This document shows positions 46,794 through 57,586 of a stretch of 64,000 nucleotides of DNA, piece after piece. Source of the DNA: an uncultured Candidatus Saccharibacteria bacterium. GTDB taxonomy: Bacteria > Patescibacteriota > Saccharimonadia > Saccharimonadales > JAGQNJ01. The notes beneath the pieces are model-generated. The model saw nothing but the letters and a program-made list of their open reading frames with translations, was not told the DNA's origin and did no database searches. The stretch lies in assembly GCA_964504275.1 (NCBI GenBank), contig CAZDDV010000001.1, forward strand, positions 20,982 through 84,981, read 5' to 3'. The first letter of the stretch is position 1, and each line of letters begins with the position of its first letter. A program made the translations under genes and the position numbers.

Positions 46794-48521
46794 TTATTTT
46801 AGCCACCGCGACATCCAGAAGTGTCGCTTGCCCATAATGTTGTATATAGTATATGCGCTAAAAATCATCAAGCCGGCTATAGCACTTAATATAAGAGCAT
46901 TGCGAGGCTCAAATATCCAGCTGACTTTTCGTAGCTCATAGCTATAAAATATAGTGAACAATAAGTGAATACACTGCAACATAAAGGCAAACAGGACCCA
47001 GTATGGTTTACGCAGGCGCACCAATAATGCTACTGCCAACCCAGCTAAGAGCACAATAATTGCCTGGGCAAAATGCAATGAAGCGATGGCTCGTGATCCG
47101 CGCCAGCCAACAATTGCCGTTGCACAAAGAATCGGCACGGTAACCAATATCCAATAATCCATTTTCTTGATGCGCAGAAATACAGCAATGATTGCAGGAA
47201 TAATAAGTCCCAAACCAAGCGACCCTGGTATCGAAAATAACCCGACTGCCCATAGTCGCCTAAACCAGCTTTGGCCACCGCCGGAATAAATAAGATCATA
47301 CGGAGTCAGTAAGTAAAAAAGCGTATCGAAACGAATCGAAATAATTTCTTGAATAGGTGTTTTTAAAAAAGTGGCAATGATTTCTTTTTCTTTTCCAGGT
47401 GGCGGCAATCCTTGGGTTGAAAGTGGATAGAGTGCAAATGTACTTGGTTTGTCATACACAACAGATGATATAAACATCCACGGAAGTATAAAAATCGAGG
47501 CCACGCCAACCAGTACCACGGCGTCACGGAAGCGTTTTTTGAAACACAGGAGTAGTACTAATGCTGCTATATAAAATACCGCCAAATCATGCGTCAAGTA
47601 TGCGAGCCCGCCGATAGCACCGGCTAGTATTATGTAGCGCAACTGTTTTTCGTAACTCAGCAAAAACATTGTCAGTACAAAAAATGCTACGAGTGATTTT
47701 GGCCAGCTGAATACAGCATTGTATAAAAAGAACGGGCTGCTTATTAGGAATAAGTTGGTAATCGCAGCAACTTTTGGATTGAACATTCGTCGCAGCAAAA
47801 ACCAAGCAGATAGCAAAAAAAGCGCGTTAAGAACGTTGGCAATTATTTGGAATTTTTCATACGTGTGATCCGGATCTCCGGTTGTATCTGCCCACAAATA
47901 ATGAACGGGCGGAGCGTCAGTAAGTACCGTAAAATATCCAGCTGTCACCGCACCAAGTAGCGGGGTTCGTTGAAAAAAGTGTACGCCCCAACTACAAATA
48001 AAACAGTCGGTTCCGAGATTCGATCGGTTTACAATAAACTGCGCCTGACGATACGGCACATAATTATCGTTTGCCTGTGTTTTAACGATGTTGAGCACTT
48101 TAACATTTGCAACATTATAGTTATGGACTGCTACTGGCTTGGGATCAGGAACGTATGTATACGGCGCATCAAATCGCATCGTTAAAAATGCACAACTTAA
48201 AGCTGATGCGAGTACTAAGCACAGCAACGGGAAGCCATATTGTCGAAAGTCTTTGTATAATTTTTGTTGTACAAACACGACGCCAGAACCAATGAGTGCA
48301 ATCCATCCGCAGAGAGAAATAAAATAAACTGGCAAACTGGTCATGTACCAAACCAGCGCAATGAGCGCGAAAAACACAATACTAAAAACGTAACCAACAA
48401 CCAAACGCAGCTCGGGTTTTAGGCGCAAAAATGGTATTTGCATAGCAATCACGTAGCCTGGCATAAAAAGAGACACATGAACAAACACAAAGAAGAATGT
48501 AAATAGAAGCAGCGTAGCCAT
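46794..48521 (-). CDS. GT-C-like polytopic membrane protein
   Basis: ANDNYVP, QRTPL, FSWPKSL, LAYLTH; ~13 TM; start at MATLLLF follows TGCTATAAT. Confidence 0.65.
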   Translation of the reverse strand: MATLLLFTFFFVFVHVSLFMPGYVIAMQIPFLRLKPELRLVVGYVFSIVFFALIALVWYMTSLPVYFISLCGWIALIGSGVVFVQQKLYKDFRQYGFPLLCLVLASALSCAFLTMRFDAPYTYVPDPKPVAVHNYNVANVKVLNIVKTQANDNYVPYRQAQFIVNRSNLGTDCFICSWGVHFFQRTPLLGAVTAGYFTVLTDAPPVHYLWADTTGDPDHTYEKFQIIANVLNALFLLSAWFLLRRMFNPKVAAITNLFLISSPFFLYNAVFSWPKSLVAFFVLTMFLLSYEKQLRYIILAGAIGGLAYLTHDLAVFYIAALVLLLCFKKRFRDAVVLVGVASIFILPWMFISSVVYDKPSTFALYPLSTQGLPPPGKEKEIIATFLKTPIQEIISIRFDTLFYLLTPYDLIYSGGGQSWFRRLWAVGLFSIPGSLGLGLIIPAIIAVFLRIKKMDYWILVTVPILCATAIVGWRGSRAIASLHFAQAIIVLLAGLAVALLVRLRKPYWVLFAFMLQCIHLLFTIFYSYELRKVSWIFEPRNALILSAIAGLMIFSAYTIYNIMGKRHFWMSRWLK

Positions 48522-48587
48522 TACTTTAATTATAGCAAGAATATTTGGTAGCATTTTGAAAAGTTTGTTGGTGTTATTATATATAGA

Positions 48588-50450
48588 GTGAAAAATGTGA
48601 TACGGAATTTTAGGACGCAAACATTGCTGCATATTGTCGGGCTTTTTTTTGTGGGCGTCGTTGTAGCTCTTGCGCTATGGCAACATATTGCGCCGGACTA
48701 TCACGGCGAATATGGCATTATTGGCACACTCAGCAAAACTGGTTATCATCCGCTCACCAATATGCTCAGGTTTTTGCTATTTATATTACTACCAGCGTTA
48801 TTAATTGGGATGTATTGGTTTTTCGCCAAACCTAAAAATGTGATATATCCAGAGCCAAAACGTGAGAAGGTTGCCCTTTCATGGCCAGTAATTCTGATCT
48901 CTACCGTCACATGTTTGATAATGATCGTCGTTGCATTGAATGCTCCAACCTATCATTCGTGGGGGAGTTTTGATAGTTTTCACGAAGGCGAGGCTCTCGG
49001 TTCGTCCGAAGCTTATGGAGCTGGTTTAGCGCCGTACAAAGACTACGTTATTTACCACGGAGTTTTTCAGGATCCACTGCGCGTAATCGTGGCATTTAAT
49101 ATTTTTGGTGAATCAATCGGCTCCGTGCGAACACTGGAGTCAATTATAAAAATAGTAACCTATGTTTTATTCGCGGGGCTAATTTTGCTGCTATTTAGAT
49201 TTAGGTTTGTTCCAACAATGATCGCGGTCGCTGTGTTCACTACACTTCATTTTATTCGAACTATTGGCCCGATAGGCTACGACATTATTATTATGAATCG
49301 TGAAATTCCAATATTGTTGTTTTTAATTGCGAGCATTATTTTTTATGATTACTTAAGAAATGTTCGAGCCAAGCACGCGTTATGGAACGTTTTTAGTCTA
49401 GCGGCAATTCAAGGAGTTTTAGTTTGGGTAGCTTTTGCTTACTCGATTGACCGTGGAGCTTACTTGCTTGCACTCTACCCGTTTGCCATAGCAGGGCTTG
49501 TCGTGATCGCAAAGCCAAAGTATCGCAAAGTATTGCTAGCTGGAAATGCAGTAGGGCTTATTGTCGGCACGATTATTTTCGGAATTCTTATTAAAGGTGC
49601 ATGGTTTGAGTTTGTTAATTTTATTATGGTTGATGTGTCTAAATATGTTGAACCAATGTTCGGCTTGCCATATCCGGTTGATAAAAAAATATTCCTGAGT
49701 GCGCTTATAATATTTGCCGCTAATGTCTTGTGGTTGTTGTGGCGGTTCTTGCAAGCACAACACCCAAAGATTCACAGAAAATTCCTGCCATTTATACAAG
49801 ACTATTTCATCGAACTCATGTTACTGGGGCTGAGCTTGTTCGTGTTCCGCGGCGCGCTTGGACGAAGTGACCCAGAGCATTTGGCATATAGTACATGGCC
49901 AATGATATTGCTGAGCCTATATATATGTATCAAATATTATGTCTTGCCGTTTCTTGAGCGAAACATGTATGCCGCAAAGTTTGTAAAAAACGGATCAGTT
50001 ATTTTTGTGATACTTGCGCTTGGCGCAGGGTCGATGCGAATTGCCGAGCGTGATCTTTGGGTGCAGAATTTCCCTTTACGCGTTCCAGACAGTTTATTTA
50101 TTCCGTCCAACTATACTGAGGCTACGACGTTTTTTAAACATGAAATATCGCAAGGTAAATCATTCGCGACGTATACATCAGAAGCCGGGTGGTACTATAT
50201 GACAGACCAGACGCCACCAACACGCTTTGGCATAATTTGGTTTGCAGCAGCTAATGTTCATCAACAAACTGCGATAAACGAGCTTCAAAATAACGATGTT
50301 GATTTCATTCTTTATAGTAATGATTTTTGGGCAAATAAAATCGATGGAATTTCTAACCAAGAACGTTTACCATTGCTATACCAATATGTAAATGATGAGT
50401 ATCAGCCACATGTCAACTTACAAGGAAACCAAATTTGGATAAAAAAATAG
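48588..50450 (+). CDS. GT-C-like polytopic membrane protein
   Basis: DSFHEGE, PYKDY..YHG, YSIDRG, GRSDPEH; polytopic with a soluble C-terminal domain; GTG start. Confidence 0.65.
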   Translation: MKNVIRNFRTQTLLHIVGLFFVGVVVALALWQHIAPDYHGEYGIIGTLSKTGYHPLTNMLRFLLFILLPALLIGMYWFFAKPKNVIYPEPKREKVALSWPVILISTVTCLIMIVVALNAPTYHSWGSFDSFHEGEALGSSEAYGAGLAPYKDYVIYHGVFQDPLRVIVAFNIFGESIGSVRTLESIIKIVTYVLFAGLILLLFRFRFVPTMIAVAVFTTLHFIRTIGPIGYDIIIMNREIPILLFLIASIIFYDYLRNVRAKHALWNVFSLAAIQGVLVWVAFAYSIDRGAYLLALYPFAIAGLVVIAKPKYRKVLLAGNAVGLIVGTIIFGILIKGAWFEFVNFIMVDVSKYVEPMFGLPYPVDKKIFLSALIIFAANVLWLLWRFLQAQHPKIHRKFLPFIQDYFIELMLLGLSLFVFRGALGRSDPEHLAYSTWPMILLSLYICIKYYVLPFLERNMYAAKFVKNGSVIFVILALGAGSMRIAERDLWVQNFPLRVPDSLFIPSNYTEATTFFKHEISQGKSFATYTSEAGWYYMTDQTPPTRFGIIWFAAANVHQQTAINELQNNDVDFILYSNDFWANKIDGISNQERLPLLYQYVNDEYQPHVNLQGNQIWIKK

Positions 50451-50471
50451 GGTAGGGCAGAAAGAATACAT

Positions 50472-51116
50472 ATGATATTGGACCAAGTATATAAACGAAG
50501 ATTCGAAAACACCGAAATGCGAAATCAGCTTTGGGGCATTTTAGTCCGCAGTTTTTTTCAGAAGTATGTCGACCCAAATGATATCGTGCTCGACGTGCCG
50601 TCTGGTTACGGCGAATTTATAAATCAGGTGAACTGCAAGAAAAAGTATGCGCTGGATATAAATCCTGATGCAAAAAAGCATGTAAAAAAAGGGGTTAGTT
50701 TTTTATTGGCGAGTTCAACCAAAATTCCATTACCAAAAAACTCAGTAGATAAAATTTTTGTCTCAAACTTTTTTGAACATTTAACACACCAAGACATAGA
50801 AAAAACAATTCGTGAATTTAAACGGATTCTAAAAACCGGTGGACGTGTGATGGTCTTGCAGCCAAACATTCGATTTGCCTACAAAAATTATTGGATGTTT
50901 TTCGATCACATAACTCCGGTTGACGATCGAGCGCTCGAAGAAATTTTTAGTATTATTGGGTTTACTCCAAAAGAAAAAATTCTTCGTTTCCTGCCATTTA
51001 CAACAAAAAGCAAACTGCCAGTTAAAGCGGTATTTGTACGCTTGTACCTTCACATTCCGTTTTTGTGGCGTGTATTTGGCAAGCAAAGTTTTTTGATTTT
51101 CGAAAATGAAAAATAA
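50472..51116 (+). CDS. Class I SAM-dependent methyltransferase
   Basis: VLDVPSGYGEF, SNFFEHL, RILKTGG, YWMFFDH. Confidence 0.85.
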   Translation: MILDQVYKRRFENTEMRNQLWGILVRSFFQKYVDPNDIVLDVPSGYGEFINQVNCKKKYALDINPDAKKHVKKGVSFLLASSTKIPLPKNSVDKIFVSNFFEHLTHQDIEKTIREFKRILKTGGRVMVLQPNIRFAYKNYWMFFDHITPVDDRALEEIFSIIGFTPKEKILRFLPFTTKSKLPVKAVFVRLYLHIPFLWRVFGKQSFLIFENEK

Positions 51117-51134
51117 TTAGGAGTACTAAAAATA

Positions 51135-51872
51135 TCAGTTGGATTTTTTATAGTCACCGCGCGACAGCCATTTTTCGATTAAGCAATACAAGATAATATA
51201 AAAGTAGCGACTACCCATTTCTTTTATTTTTAGCTTGGATTCGCCAGCAGTACGATTAGTCCAATAGTTTGGCACTACTGTATATGAATAACCGCGAACG
51301 ATGGTCTTTAGTGGAAGTTCTACAGTGAGGTTAAAATGATTGCTCAAAAATGGCTCAAGTCCTTCGATAGTCTCTCTTTTATAGAGCTTAAAAGCATTAG
51401 TAACGTCGTTATAACGAATTCCAAATAGTAGTTGTATGAGTCCGTTGGTGAAACGATTAAATATAAGCTTAACTTTCGGATAATCAATCACCTTGCCGCC
51501 TTTTTTAAAACGTGAGCCAAAAACCGCATCGTAGTTTCCTTCGACCATAGTTTTATAATAGGCGATTAGATCCACGGGTCGATCAGATAAATCGGCCATA
51601 ACGATCGCCACACAATCACCAGTAAAGTTTTTGAGCCCAGTCCGTACGCCAAAACCAAAACCATTTGGTGGCTGGTTGTTAATGTATCGAATTTCGCGAA
51701 CATCTTTCGATAACTTCTTGAGTATAGATTCGGTACGATCCTTACTATTATCATTTACGACTAAAATTTCATGCTTAATTTTTTCAGCTTTTAAGGCTTT
51801 ATGAAATGCCAGTGCGGTTTTTTTAATCGAACCCTCTTCGTTGTAGGCTGGTATGACAATTGATAGTTTCAT
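51135..51872 (-). CDS. GT2 dolichol/undecaprenyl-phosphate sugar synthase-like
   Basis: IPAYNEE, VNDNSKD, MADLSD, VFGSRF, DVTNAFKLY. Confidence 0.88.
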   Translation of the reverse strand: MKLSIVIPAYNEEGSIKKTALAFHKALKAEKIKHEILVVNDNSKDRTESILKKLSKDVREIRYINNQPPNGFGFGVRTGLKNFTGDCVAIVMADLSDRPVDLIAYYKTMVEGNYDAVFGSRFKKGGKVIDYPKVKLIFNRFTNGLIQLLFGIRYNDVTNAFKLYKRETIEGLEPFLSNHFNLTVELPLKTIVRGYSYTVVPNYWTNRTAGESKLKIKEMGSRYFYIILYCLIEKWLSRGDYKKSN

Positions 51873-51874
51873 GG

Positions 51875-52942
51875 TTATGACAAAATTGATTTTAGGCTAT
51901 CTTCGTTTTCGTGAATCCAATTATAAATATCAATCACTGTTGCTCGTGCATCTTTTTGCCAACTTAGTTTGGATTGTTTTAAAAACTTAGTAGAATCAGC
52001 AATGAAAAATCGCAAGTCTGCGGGTCTATTCTCTTTTATGGATTCGATTGAAATTGTATTACCGGTGATTTCTTGGCAAAGCTTTGTAAGCTCTTTGAGT
52101 GAAATGCTATTTTCAAGGCCCCCACCAATATTGTATGTTTTGCCCTGGTAATCACCGAAGTTCTGTAGTTGTGTTTCAATAGCTTTGTACAAATCGTCTA
52201 TGTGAATAAAATCACGTACTTGTTTGCCCTCGCCACCGTAGCCAATGTACGAAAGTTTTTGTTTAAAATAATGTTTTGCGACCCATAAAACAAATACACC
52301 TTGGTCAACTTTACCCATTTGCCACGGTCCTGTTATGACGCCGCAACGATTGTTGATGCCTTTTATTCCGTAATTATCCATATATTCTGTTAGAAATAGT
52401 TCCGATGCTAGCTTTGTAGCGCCGTATAGTGATCTTGGGGCATCAAGCGGGAAGTCCTCGGCAATACCACGACTACTCGCACCGCTAATTTTTTGTGTAT
52501 CTTTTATTTCAAAACGAGTTGGAGTTTCGGTAAAAGCGAGATCATTTATATAGCTCATTGGGTAAATGCGACTGGTTGAAAGAAATAACACATGCGAGTT
52601 GTGCTGCCGGGCCAGTTCAAGGCAATTGAGTGTACCAATAAGATTTGTGTTAATTAAATAATCGGGTGACGAATTAATTCCGGCAAGTACGGACGGCTCG
52701 GCCGAGCATTCAATTAGTAAATCGATATTCTCAAAAACTAGATCTTCTTGATTTCTGATGTCGCCGTGCACAAACTCGATGCCAGTATCTTTAAGTCGTT
52801 TAATTGAGAGTTCTGAGCCCCGACGCTTGAGATTATCAAGACAAGTGATAGTCAACTTTGGAAAATTTGTTTTGAGTTTGATAGCTAGATTTGATCCGAC
52901 AAACCCCGCCCCGCCAGTTATGAGTACGTGCTTGTAGTCCAT
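51875..52942 (-). CDS. NAD-dependent epimerase, CDP-paratose 2-epimerase-like
   Basis: TGGAGFVG, DNLKRRGS, SAEPSV, STSRIY, YGATK, GPWQMGKVDQG, KQVRD. Confidence 0.85.
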   Translation of the reverse strand: MDYKHVLITGGAGFVGSNLAIKLKTNFPKLTITCLDNLKRRGSELSIKRLKDTGIEFVHGDIRNQEDLVFENIDLLIECSAEPSVLAGINSSPDYLINTNLIGTLNCLELARQHNSHVLFLSTSRIYPMSYINDLAFTETPTRFEIKDTQKISGASSRGIAEDFPLDAPRSLYGATKLASELFLTEYMDNYGIKGINNRCGVITGPWQMGKVDQGVFVLWVAKHYFKQKLSYIGYGGEGKQVRDFIHIDDLYKAIETQLQNFGDYQGKTYNIGGGLENSISLKELTKLCQEITGNTISIESIKENRPADLRFFIADSTKFLKQSKLSWQKDARATVIDIYNWIHENEDSLKSILS

Positions 52943-53995
52943 TTAACGCTGTACCGCTGCACACATTTCATCAAGAATCATATTGATGTCGTACTTAAAA
53001 TCCCATTTTGGGTAGTGTTTTTTAAATTTAGAAACATCAGAGATGTACCAAATGTGATCACCAATACGGTTTTTTGTAGACAGTTTATAGTTGGCTTTCT
53101 TGCCAAGGCGTTTTTCGATTGCCTCAATTGCTTCAAGCATGGAGATGTTTGAGTTTCGTGCGCCACCCATATTGTAGACTTCGCCAGAACGAGGTTTTTT
53201 ATAGAAATGCCAGAACGCATTTACTAAATCGTGCGAGTGAATATTATCGCGCACTTGTTTACCTTTGTACCCAAAAATCGTGTATTGCTTGCCCGAATAG
53301 ATGCACTTAATCAAGTACGCCAAAAAGCCATGTAGTTCTGCACCAGAGTGAGACGGCCCAGTTAAGCATCCACCACGGAAAACTGCAGTCTTAAAACCAA
53401 AGTACTTACCGTATTCTTGAACCATAACATCAGCAGCAACTTTTGATGCTCCAAAAATTGAATGTTTTGTATTATCAATACTCATTGACTCGTCGATGCC
53501 TTTATAAAACTTATGGTTTTTTGGTAGCTCCCAGCGAGTCTTTCGTTCAACCAGCGGGAGGTTGTTAGGAGTATCGCCATATACTTTGTTGGTCGATGTA
53601 AAAATGAACACAGCTTTAGGACAAAACTTGCGCATGTTTTCGAGCATGACAAGTGTTCCATTCGCATTGACGGTAAAATCTGTGATTGGTTCTTTTGCCG
53701 CCCAATCGTGGGATGGTTGTGCAGCAGTGTGAATTACGACGTCAAATGCATGCGCTTTAAAAACGCGAGCAACTGCTTTGTCGTCACGAATATCAATATT
53801 ATAATGTTTGTATAAACTGCCAAGATCCTTTTTTATTTTTTTACGGTTCCAGTCGGTACTTGCTTCTTCGCCAAAAAAATAACTGCGCATATTGTTATCA
53901 ATACCAACAACTTCAAATCCTTTTTTGGCAAAAAACTTTGCTGCTTCAGATCCGATTAAACCCGCGGATCCCGTGATAAGTACTTTTTTCCCCAT
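52943..53995 (-). CDS. NAD-dependent epimerase, CDP-paratose 2-epimerase-like
   Basis: [39 protein letters not shown]. Confidence 0.85.
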   Translation of the reverse strand: MGKKVLITGSAGLIGSEAAKFFAKKGFEVVGIDNNMRSYFFGEEASTDWNRKKIKKDLGSLYKHYNIDIRDDKAVARVFKAHAFDVVIHTAAQPSHDWAAKEPITDFTVNANGTLVMLENMRKFCPKAVFIFTSTNKVYGDTPNNLPLVERKTRWELPKNHKFYKGIDESMSIDNTKHSIFGASKVAADVMVQEYGKYFGFKTAVFRGGCLTGPSHSGAELHGFLAYLIKCIYSGKQYTIFGYKGKQVRDNIHSHDLVNAFWHFYKKPRSGEVYNMGGARNSNISMLEAIEAIEKRLGKKANYKLSTKNRIGDHIWYISDVSKFKKHYPKWDFKYDINMILDEMCAAVQR

Positions 53996-54102
53996 GAGTT
54001 CCTCTTCTGGTAAGTATTAGTACTAGTATATTTGCATCTGTCCACATCGTCAATTTAATGGAGATGTAGTATATAAAACACTTACAAGTAAAAAGTTTGA
54101 AT

Positions 54103-54888
54103 CTACCTACGTGGTTCTATGATTGCGCACATTTGGTGTTTACCTTCACCAACTCGATAAAACTCAACGAGTCGGAATCCAACGTATTCTAAAAGTTCGA
54201 TAAATTCTGCAGGAGAGTATTGTTTGCAATGATACATTGGCAGCGGATTATGTTCTGCGCCTGGCGCCGCTGCGGGAATATTTTTAAAGTGTTGGTAACG
54301 AGTCCACGGGTGGTTTTCCATCGCCGGCCATTCCATATCATCCGGAGTTGATATTACAGCAAGTTTACAATGGGTCTTAATCCACATTAAAAGCGGTAGT
54401 GGGGACCACAGTAAATGTTCAAGTGTTTCTACAAAATAACAAACATCGAATTGTTCGTCTGGAAGTTGCCATTCAGCCGTGTCGATATTTGCTTGGTGAA
54501 ACACGACATTCTTTGGTTTCCATCGCGGCAAATAAGATTTGTGATCAACACAGGTCACCTTATTAAAGAAATGTGACAGTGACATTTCTACTGCACCTTG
54601 AAATGTTCCAATGCCAATTGCTTTGCCGTGTTCGATTCCAATATGTTTGACGCTTCTTGCTAGAATGTCATTGTTCCATGTGTATTGCAGCTCCGAATAG
54701 TCAGCATCAGAAAGTTTATTTTCTTTCGTAATGCGTGTTGTGTATTCGTGTAATAATTCAGCGGCTCGTTTTTCGCTTAACGGTTCTATGGTTGATGCCG
54801 GTGCCGCGACTTTATTCGCAACTCTTTTTGTTTGTGCTTTTGCAACACGCTTGGCTTTTGCAGCAACAGACTTTGCTTTTTTAATCAT
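54103..54888 (-). CDS. Putative SAM-dependent methyltransferase
   Basis: AIGIGTFQG (degenerate motif I), FDVCYFVETLEHL, ISTP, HCKQYS..EF. Confidence 0.65.
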   Translation of the reverse strand: MIKKAKSVAAKAKRVAKAQTKRVANKVAAPASTIEPLSEKRAAELLHEYTTRITKENKLSDADYSELQYTWNNDILARSVKHIGIEHGKAIGIGTFQGAVEMSLSHFFNKVTCVDHKSYLPRWKPKNVVFHQANIDTAEWQLPDEQFDVCYFVETLEHLLWSPLPLLMWIKTHCKLAVISTPDDMEWPAMENHPWTRYQHFKNIPAAAPGAEHNPLPMYHCKQYSPAEFIELLEYVGFRLVEFYRVGEGKHQMCAIIEPRR

Positions 54889-54939
54889 GATTCCTCCTCA
54901 TTTAGTTCTGATAATATACCAATAGTAATTTTATGTGTA

Positions 54940-55365
54940 TTATTCGCGAAATATATATTTTTTATACAGTATATACGTCCAGCTAATTTGTATTGTAACT
55001 GCCAAAATTTTTGCAATACTATAGTGCATAAAATTTGTGGCAATGCTAATAAATAGGATTGTAAAAATATAATTGCACACCAAGAGTATTCCGTAATATA
55101 GTGCATGCTTTTTCACTGACTGGCGTTGCCCGGCGTCAAAAGTCCAAAATCGGTTCATCGAAAAATTGTACAAAATCGAGCTCCAGTACGCAATCGACGC
55201 GGAAACGACTAGGTGCATATCAAGGATATCGTGTAGCAAAAAAAGTATGAAAAAATCTAAAACAAATGTTGTGCCACCAACAAATACATATCGAAAAAAC
55301 GAATGTTGATATGCAAATTCGGCCATTTTTTTTATTTGTATACGCACACTATCTTCCAACTCCAA
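54940..55365 (-). CDS. GtrA family lipid-linked sugar flippase
   Basis: FRYVFVGG, NFSMNRFWTF, AKILA, YILYKKYIF; 4 TM. Confidence 0.88.
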   Translation of the reverse strand: MELEDSVRIQIKKMAEFAYQHSFFRYVFVGGTTFVLDFFILFLLHDILDMHLVVSASIAYWSSILYNFSMNRFWTFDAGQRQSVKKHALYYGILLVCNYIFTILFISIATNFMHYSIAKILAVTIQISWTYILYKKYIFRE

Positions 55366-56713
55366 TATGCCTTAGATCAATTTTTTCGACGGCTTGTTTA
55401 TTGATTATATTTACGGCATCTACTACTAGAGTTCCACGCATTAGATTTTTAAACACATCGATTTTTATTGCAGCAAACTCAGGCCATTCGGTGCTGATGA
55501 GTACCGCATCGGCATCTTGCAGCGCTTCTTCGTAGCTGTTGCAGAGTTCGATAGAGCGATGTATATCTTTGCGAGCTTCTTCGTTTGCTTGTGGATCATA
55601 AGCAAAAACTTTGGCGCCGTTTTTTGCCAAAACATTGGCCAGTTTTATTCCAGGCGATCGTCGCACATCGCTTGTACCGGCTTTAAATGCTAGGCCCAAA
55701 ACTGCAATACGTTTTTGAGAAAGGTTATCGCCAAGTGCTTTTTTTATTTTTTCAGCAATGTACCCTGGCATAGTTTCGTTAACGTCAGTTGCTGCTGTCA
55801 TGATTGGCATATCGACGCCGCGTTCTTGGGCGCTGGCGATTAGGCCGCTGACGTCTTTAGGAAAACAACCGCCACCATAGCCGCGGCCAGCATTTAGAAA
55901 AGCTCGGCCAATGCGCCTGTCTGCACCAACGGCGTCCATGACTTCGTTTACGTCTGCGCCGGTTTGGTCGGCAAGTTTCGCAATCGAATTAGCAAAAGAA
56001 ATCTTGAGCGCTAAAAATGCGTTGGCGGTAACTTTTATAAGTTCGGCACTGTTTCTGTTTGTAATAATGTATGCGCCCTTATCATTTTTTGTGTCAGTTT
56101 TTGGTGATTGTATCCCAGCACGCTTGGCAATTTCTGCTCGGCGAGATTCGACAGATTTGTATAAATCCATAACTTTACTGACGGATTTTTTATCGTTGCC
56201 ACCAGCCACAATGCGGTCAAACCACAACGTGTCAGTTATTGCGGTTCCTTCGCGTAAAAATTCCGGGTTAGAGACGTAAGCGACTTTCTTTTTTATTTTT
56301 GCGAATTGTTCTTTGACTCGTTCGCCGGTTCCAACTGGAACAGTACTTTTTTGAATATAAATACTATTTGCTGCCATGAGTCTGCTTGCTTGTTCAGCTG
56401 CTGCAAACACGTAGGTTAAGTTTGAACTGCCGTCGGGATTATCAGGCGTTCCGACACAAGAAAAAACAAACTGACTGTGCGGTATGCTGTCTTCGTACGA
56501 ATCAGTCGGGATTAATTTTTTGTTATCAATGGCGTGTTTTATAAGCGGGTTAATGCCTTCTTCAAAAAAGAACGAACGGCCTTCTTTTATTGCCTGCAAA
56601 CGCTGCTGATTGATATCGAGTACGTAGGTAGTGTGTCCAGCTTCGGCTAAAAGTGTCGCCGTGGTGAGGCCAACGTAGCCGGCGCCAATGACGGTAATTG
56701 TCGTGTTCGCCAT
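55349..56713 (-). CDS. ugd: UDP-glucose 6-dehydrogenase
   Basis: GAGYVGL, CVGTP, KSTVPVGT, SNPEFLREG, GYGGGCFPKD, GLAFKAGTSD.R. Confidence 0.95.
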   Translation of the reverse strand: MANTTITVIGAGYVGLTTATLLAEAGHTTYVLDINQQRLQAIKEGRSFFFEEGINPLIKHAIDNKKLIPTDSYEDSIPHSQFVFSCVGTPDNPDGSSNLTYVFAAAEQASRLMAANSIYIQKSTVPVGTGERVKEQFAKIKKKVAYVSNPEFLREGTAITDTLWFDRIVAGGNDKKSVSKVMDLYKSVESRRAEIAKRAGIQSPKTDTKNDKGAYIITNRNSAELIKVTANAFLALKISFANSIAKLADQTGADVNEVMDAVGADRRIGRAFLNAGRGYGGGCFPKDVSGLIASAQERGVDMPIMTAATDVNETMPGYIAEKIKKALGDNLSQKRIAVLGLAFKAGTSDVRRSPGIKLANVLAKNGAKVFAYDPQANEEARKDIHRSIELCNSYEEALQDADAVLISTEWPEFAAIKIDVFKNLMRGTLVVDAVNIINKQAVEKIDLRHIGVGR

Positions 56714-56722
56714 AATGAGCCC

Positions 56723-57586
56723 TTACGCGTCCGCAATTCGTTTTAGGTATTTTCCGTAGCCAGATTTTTCGAGTGGTTCGGCCAGTTTATGCAAACCGTC
56801 TTTGCTGAGCCAGCCACGACGAAAGGCAACTTCTTCGATGCAACCAATTTTTAGTCCGGTACGCTTTTCGATTACTTCTACAAATTGCGAGGCGTCACTC
56901 ATTGACGCAAACGTGCCAGTATCCAACCACGCTGTTCCGCGGTCCATGACCTGGACACTGAGCTTGCCACGGTTCAGGTACTCTTCGTTTATGGTTGTAA
57001 TTTCTAGTTCGCCGCGTTCACTTGGCTGAATATTTTTGGCAATTTCTACCACACTGTTATCGTAAAAGTACAAACCAACCACGGCCATTGATGATTTTGG
57101 TTTTTCTGGTTTTTCCTCGATCGATATTGCACGTTTATTTTCGTCGAACTCTACTACGCCGTATCGTTCTGGGTCAGAAACTTGGTATGCAAATACGGTT
57201 CCGCCGTTCGGGTTTATGCATTCTTTTAAGCTGTCGCCAAATCCGTGCCCGTAAAAAATATTGTCACCAAGAATCAGCGCTACGTTATCATCGCCAATAA
57301 ATTCTTCGCCAATAATAAATGCTTCGGCCAAACCATTCGGTTGTTCTTGCGCAGCGTACTGCAAGTTAATACCGATGTCGGAGCCGTCGCCCAACAAACG
57401 TTTAAATTGGCTTTGATCTTCTGGCGTGGTGATTAGCAAAATATCGCGAATTCCAGCCATCATTAATGTTGACAATGGATAGTAAATCATCGGCTTGTCA
57501 TAGATTGGCATTAGTTGCTTGGAAATTCCTTTTGTAATTGGGTAAAGTCGTGTGCCTGATCCGCCGGCTAAAATAATACCTTTCAT
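56723..57586 (-). CDS. rfbA: Glucose-1-phosphate thymidylyltransferase
   Basis: [43 protein letters not shown]. Confidence 0.98.
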   Translation of the reverse strand: MKGIILAGGSGTRLYPITKGISKQLMPIYDKPMIYYPLSTLMMAGIRDILLITTPEDQSQFKRLLGDGSDIGINLQYAAQEQPNGLAEAFIIGEEFIGDDNVALILGDNIFYGHGFGDSLKECINPNGGTVFAYQVSDPERYGVVEFDENKRAISIEEKPEKPKSSMAVVGLYFYDNSVVEIAKNIQPSERGELEITTINEEYLNRGKLSVQVMDRGTAWLDTGTFASMSDASQFVEVIEKRTGLKIGCIEEVAFRRGWLSKDGLHKLAEPLEKSGYGKYLKRIADA

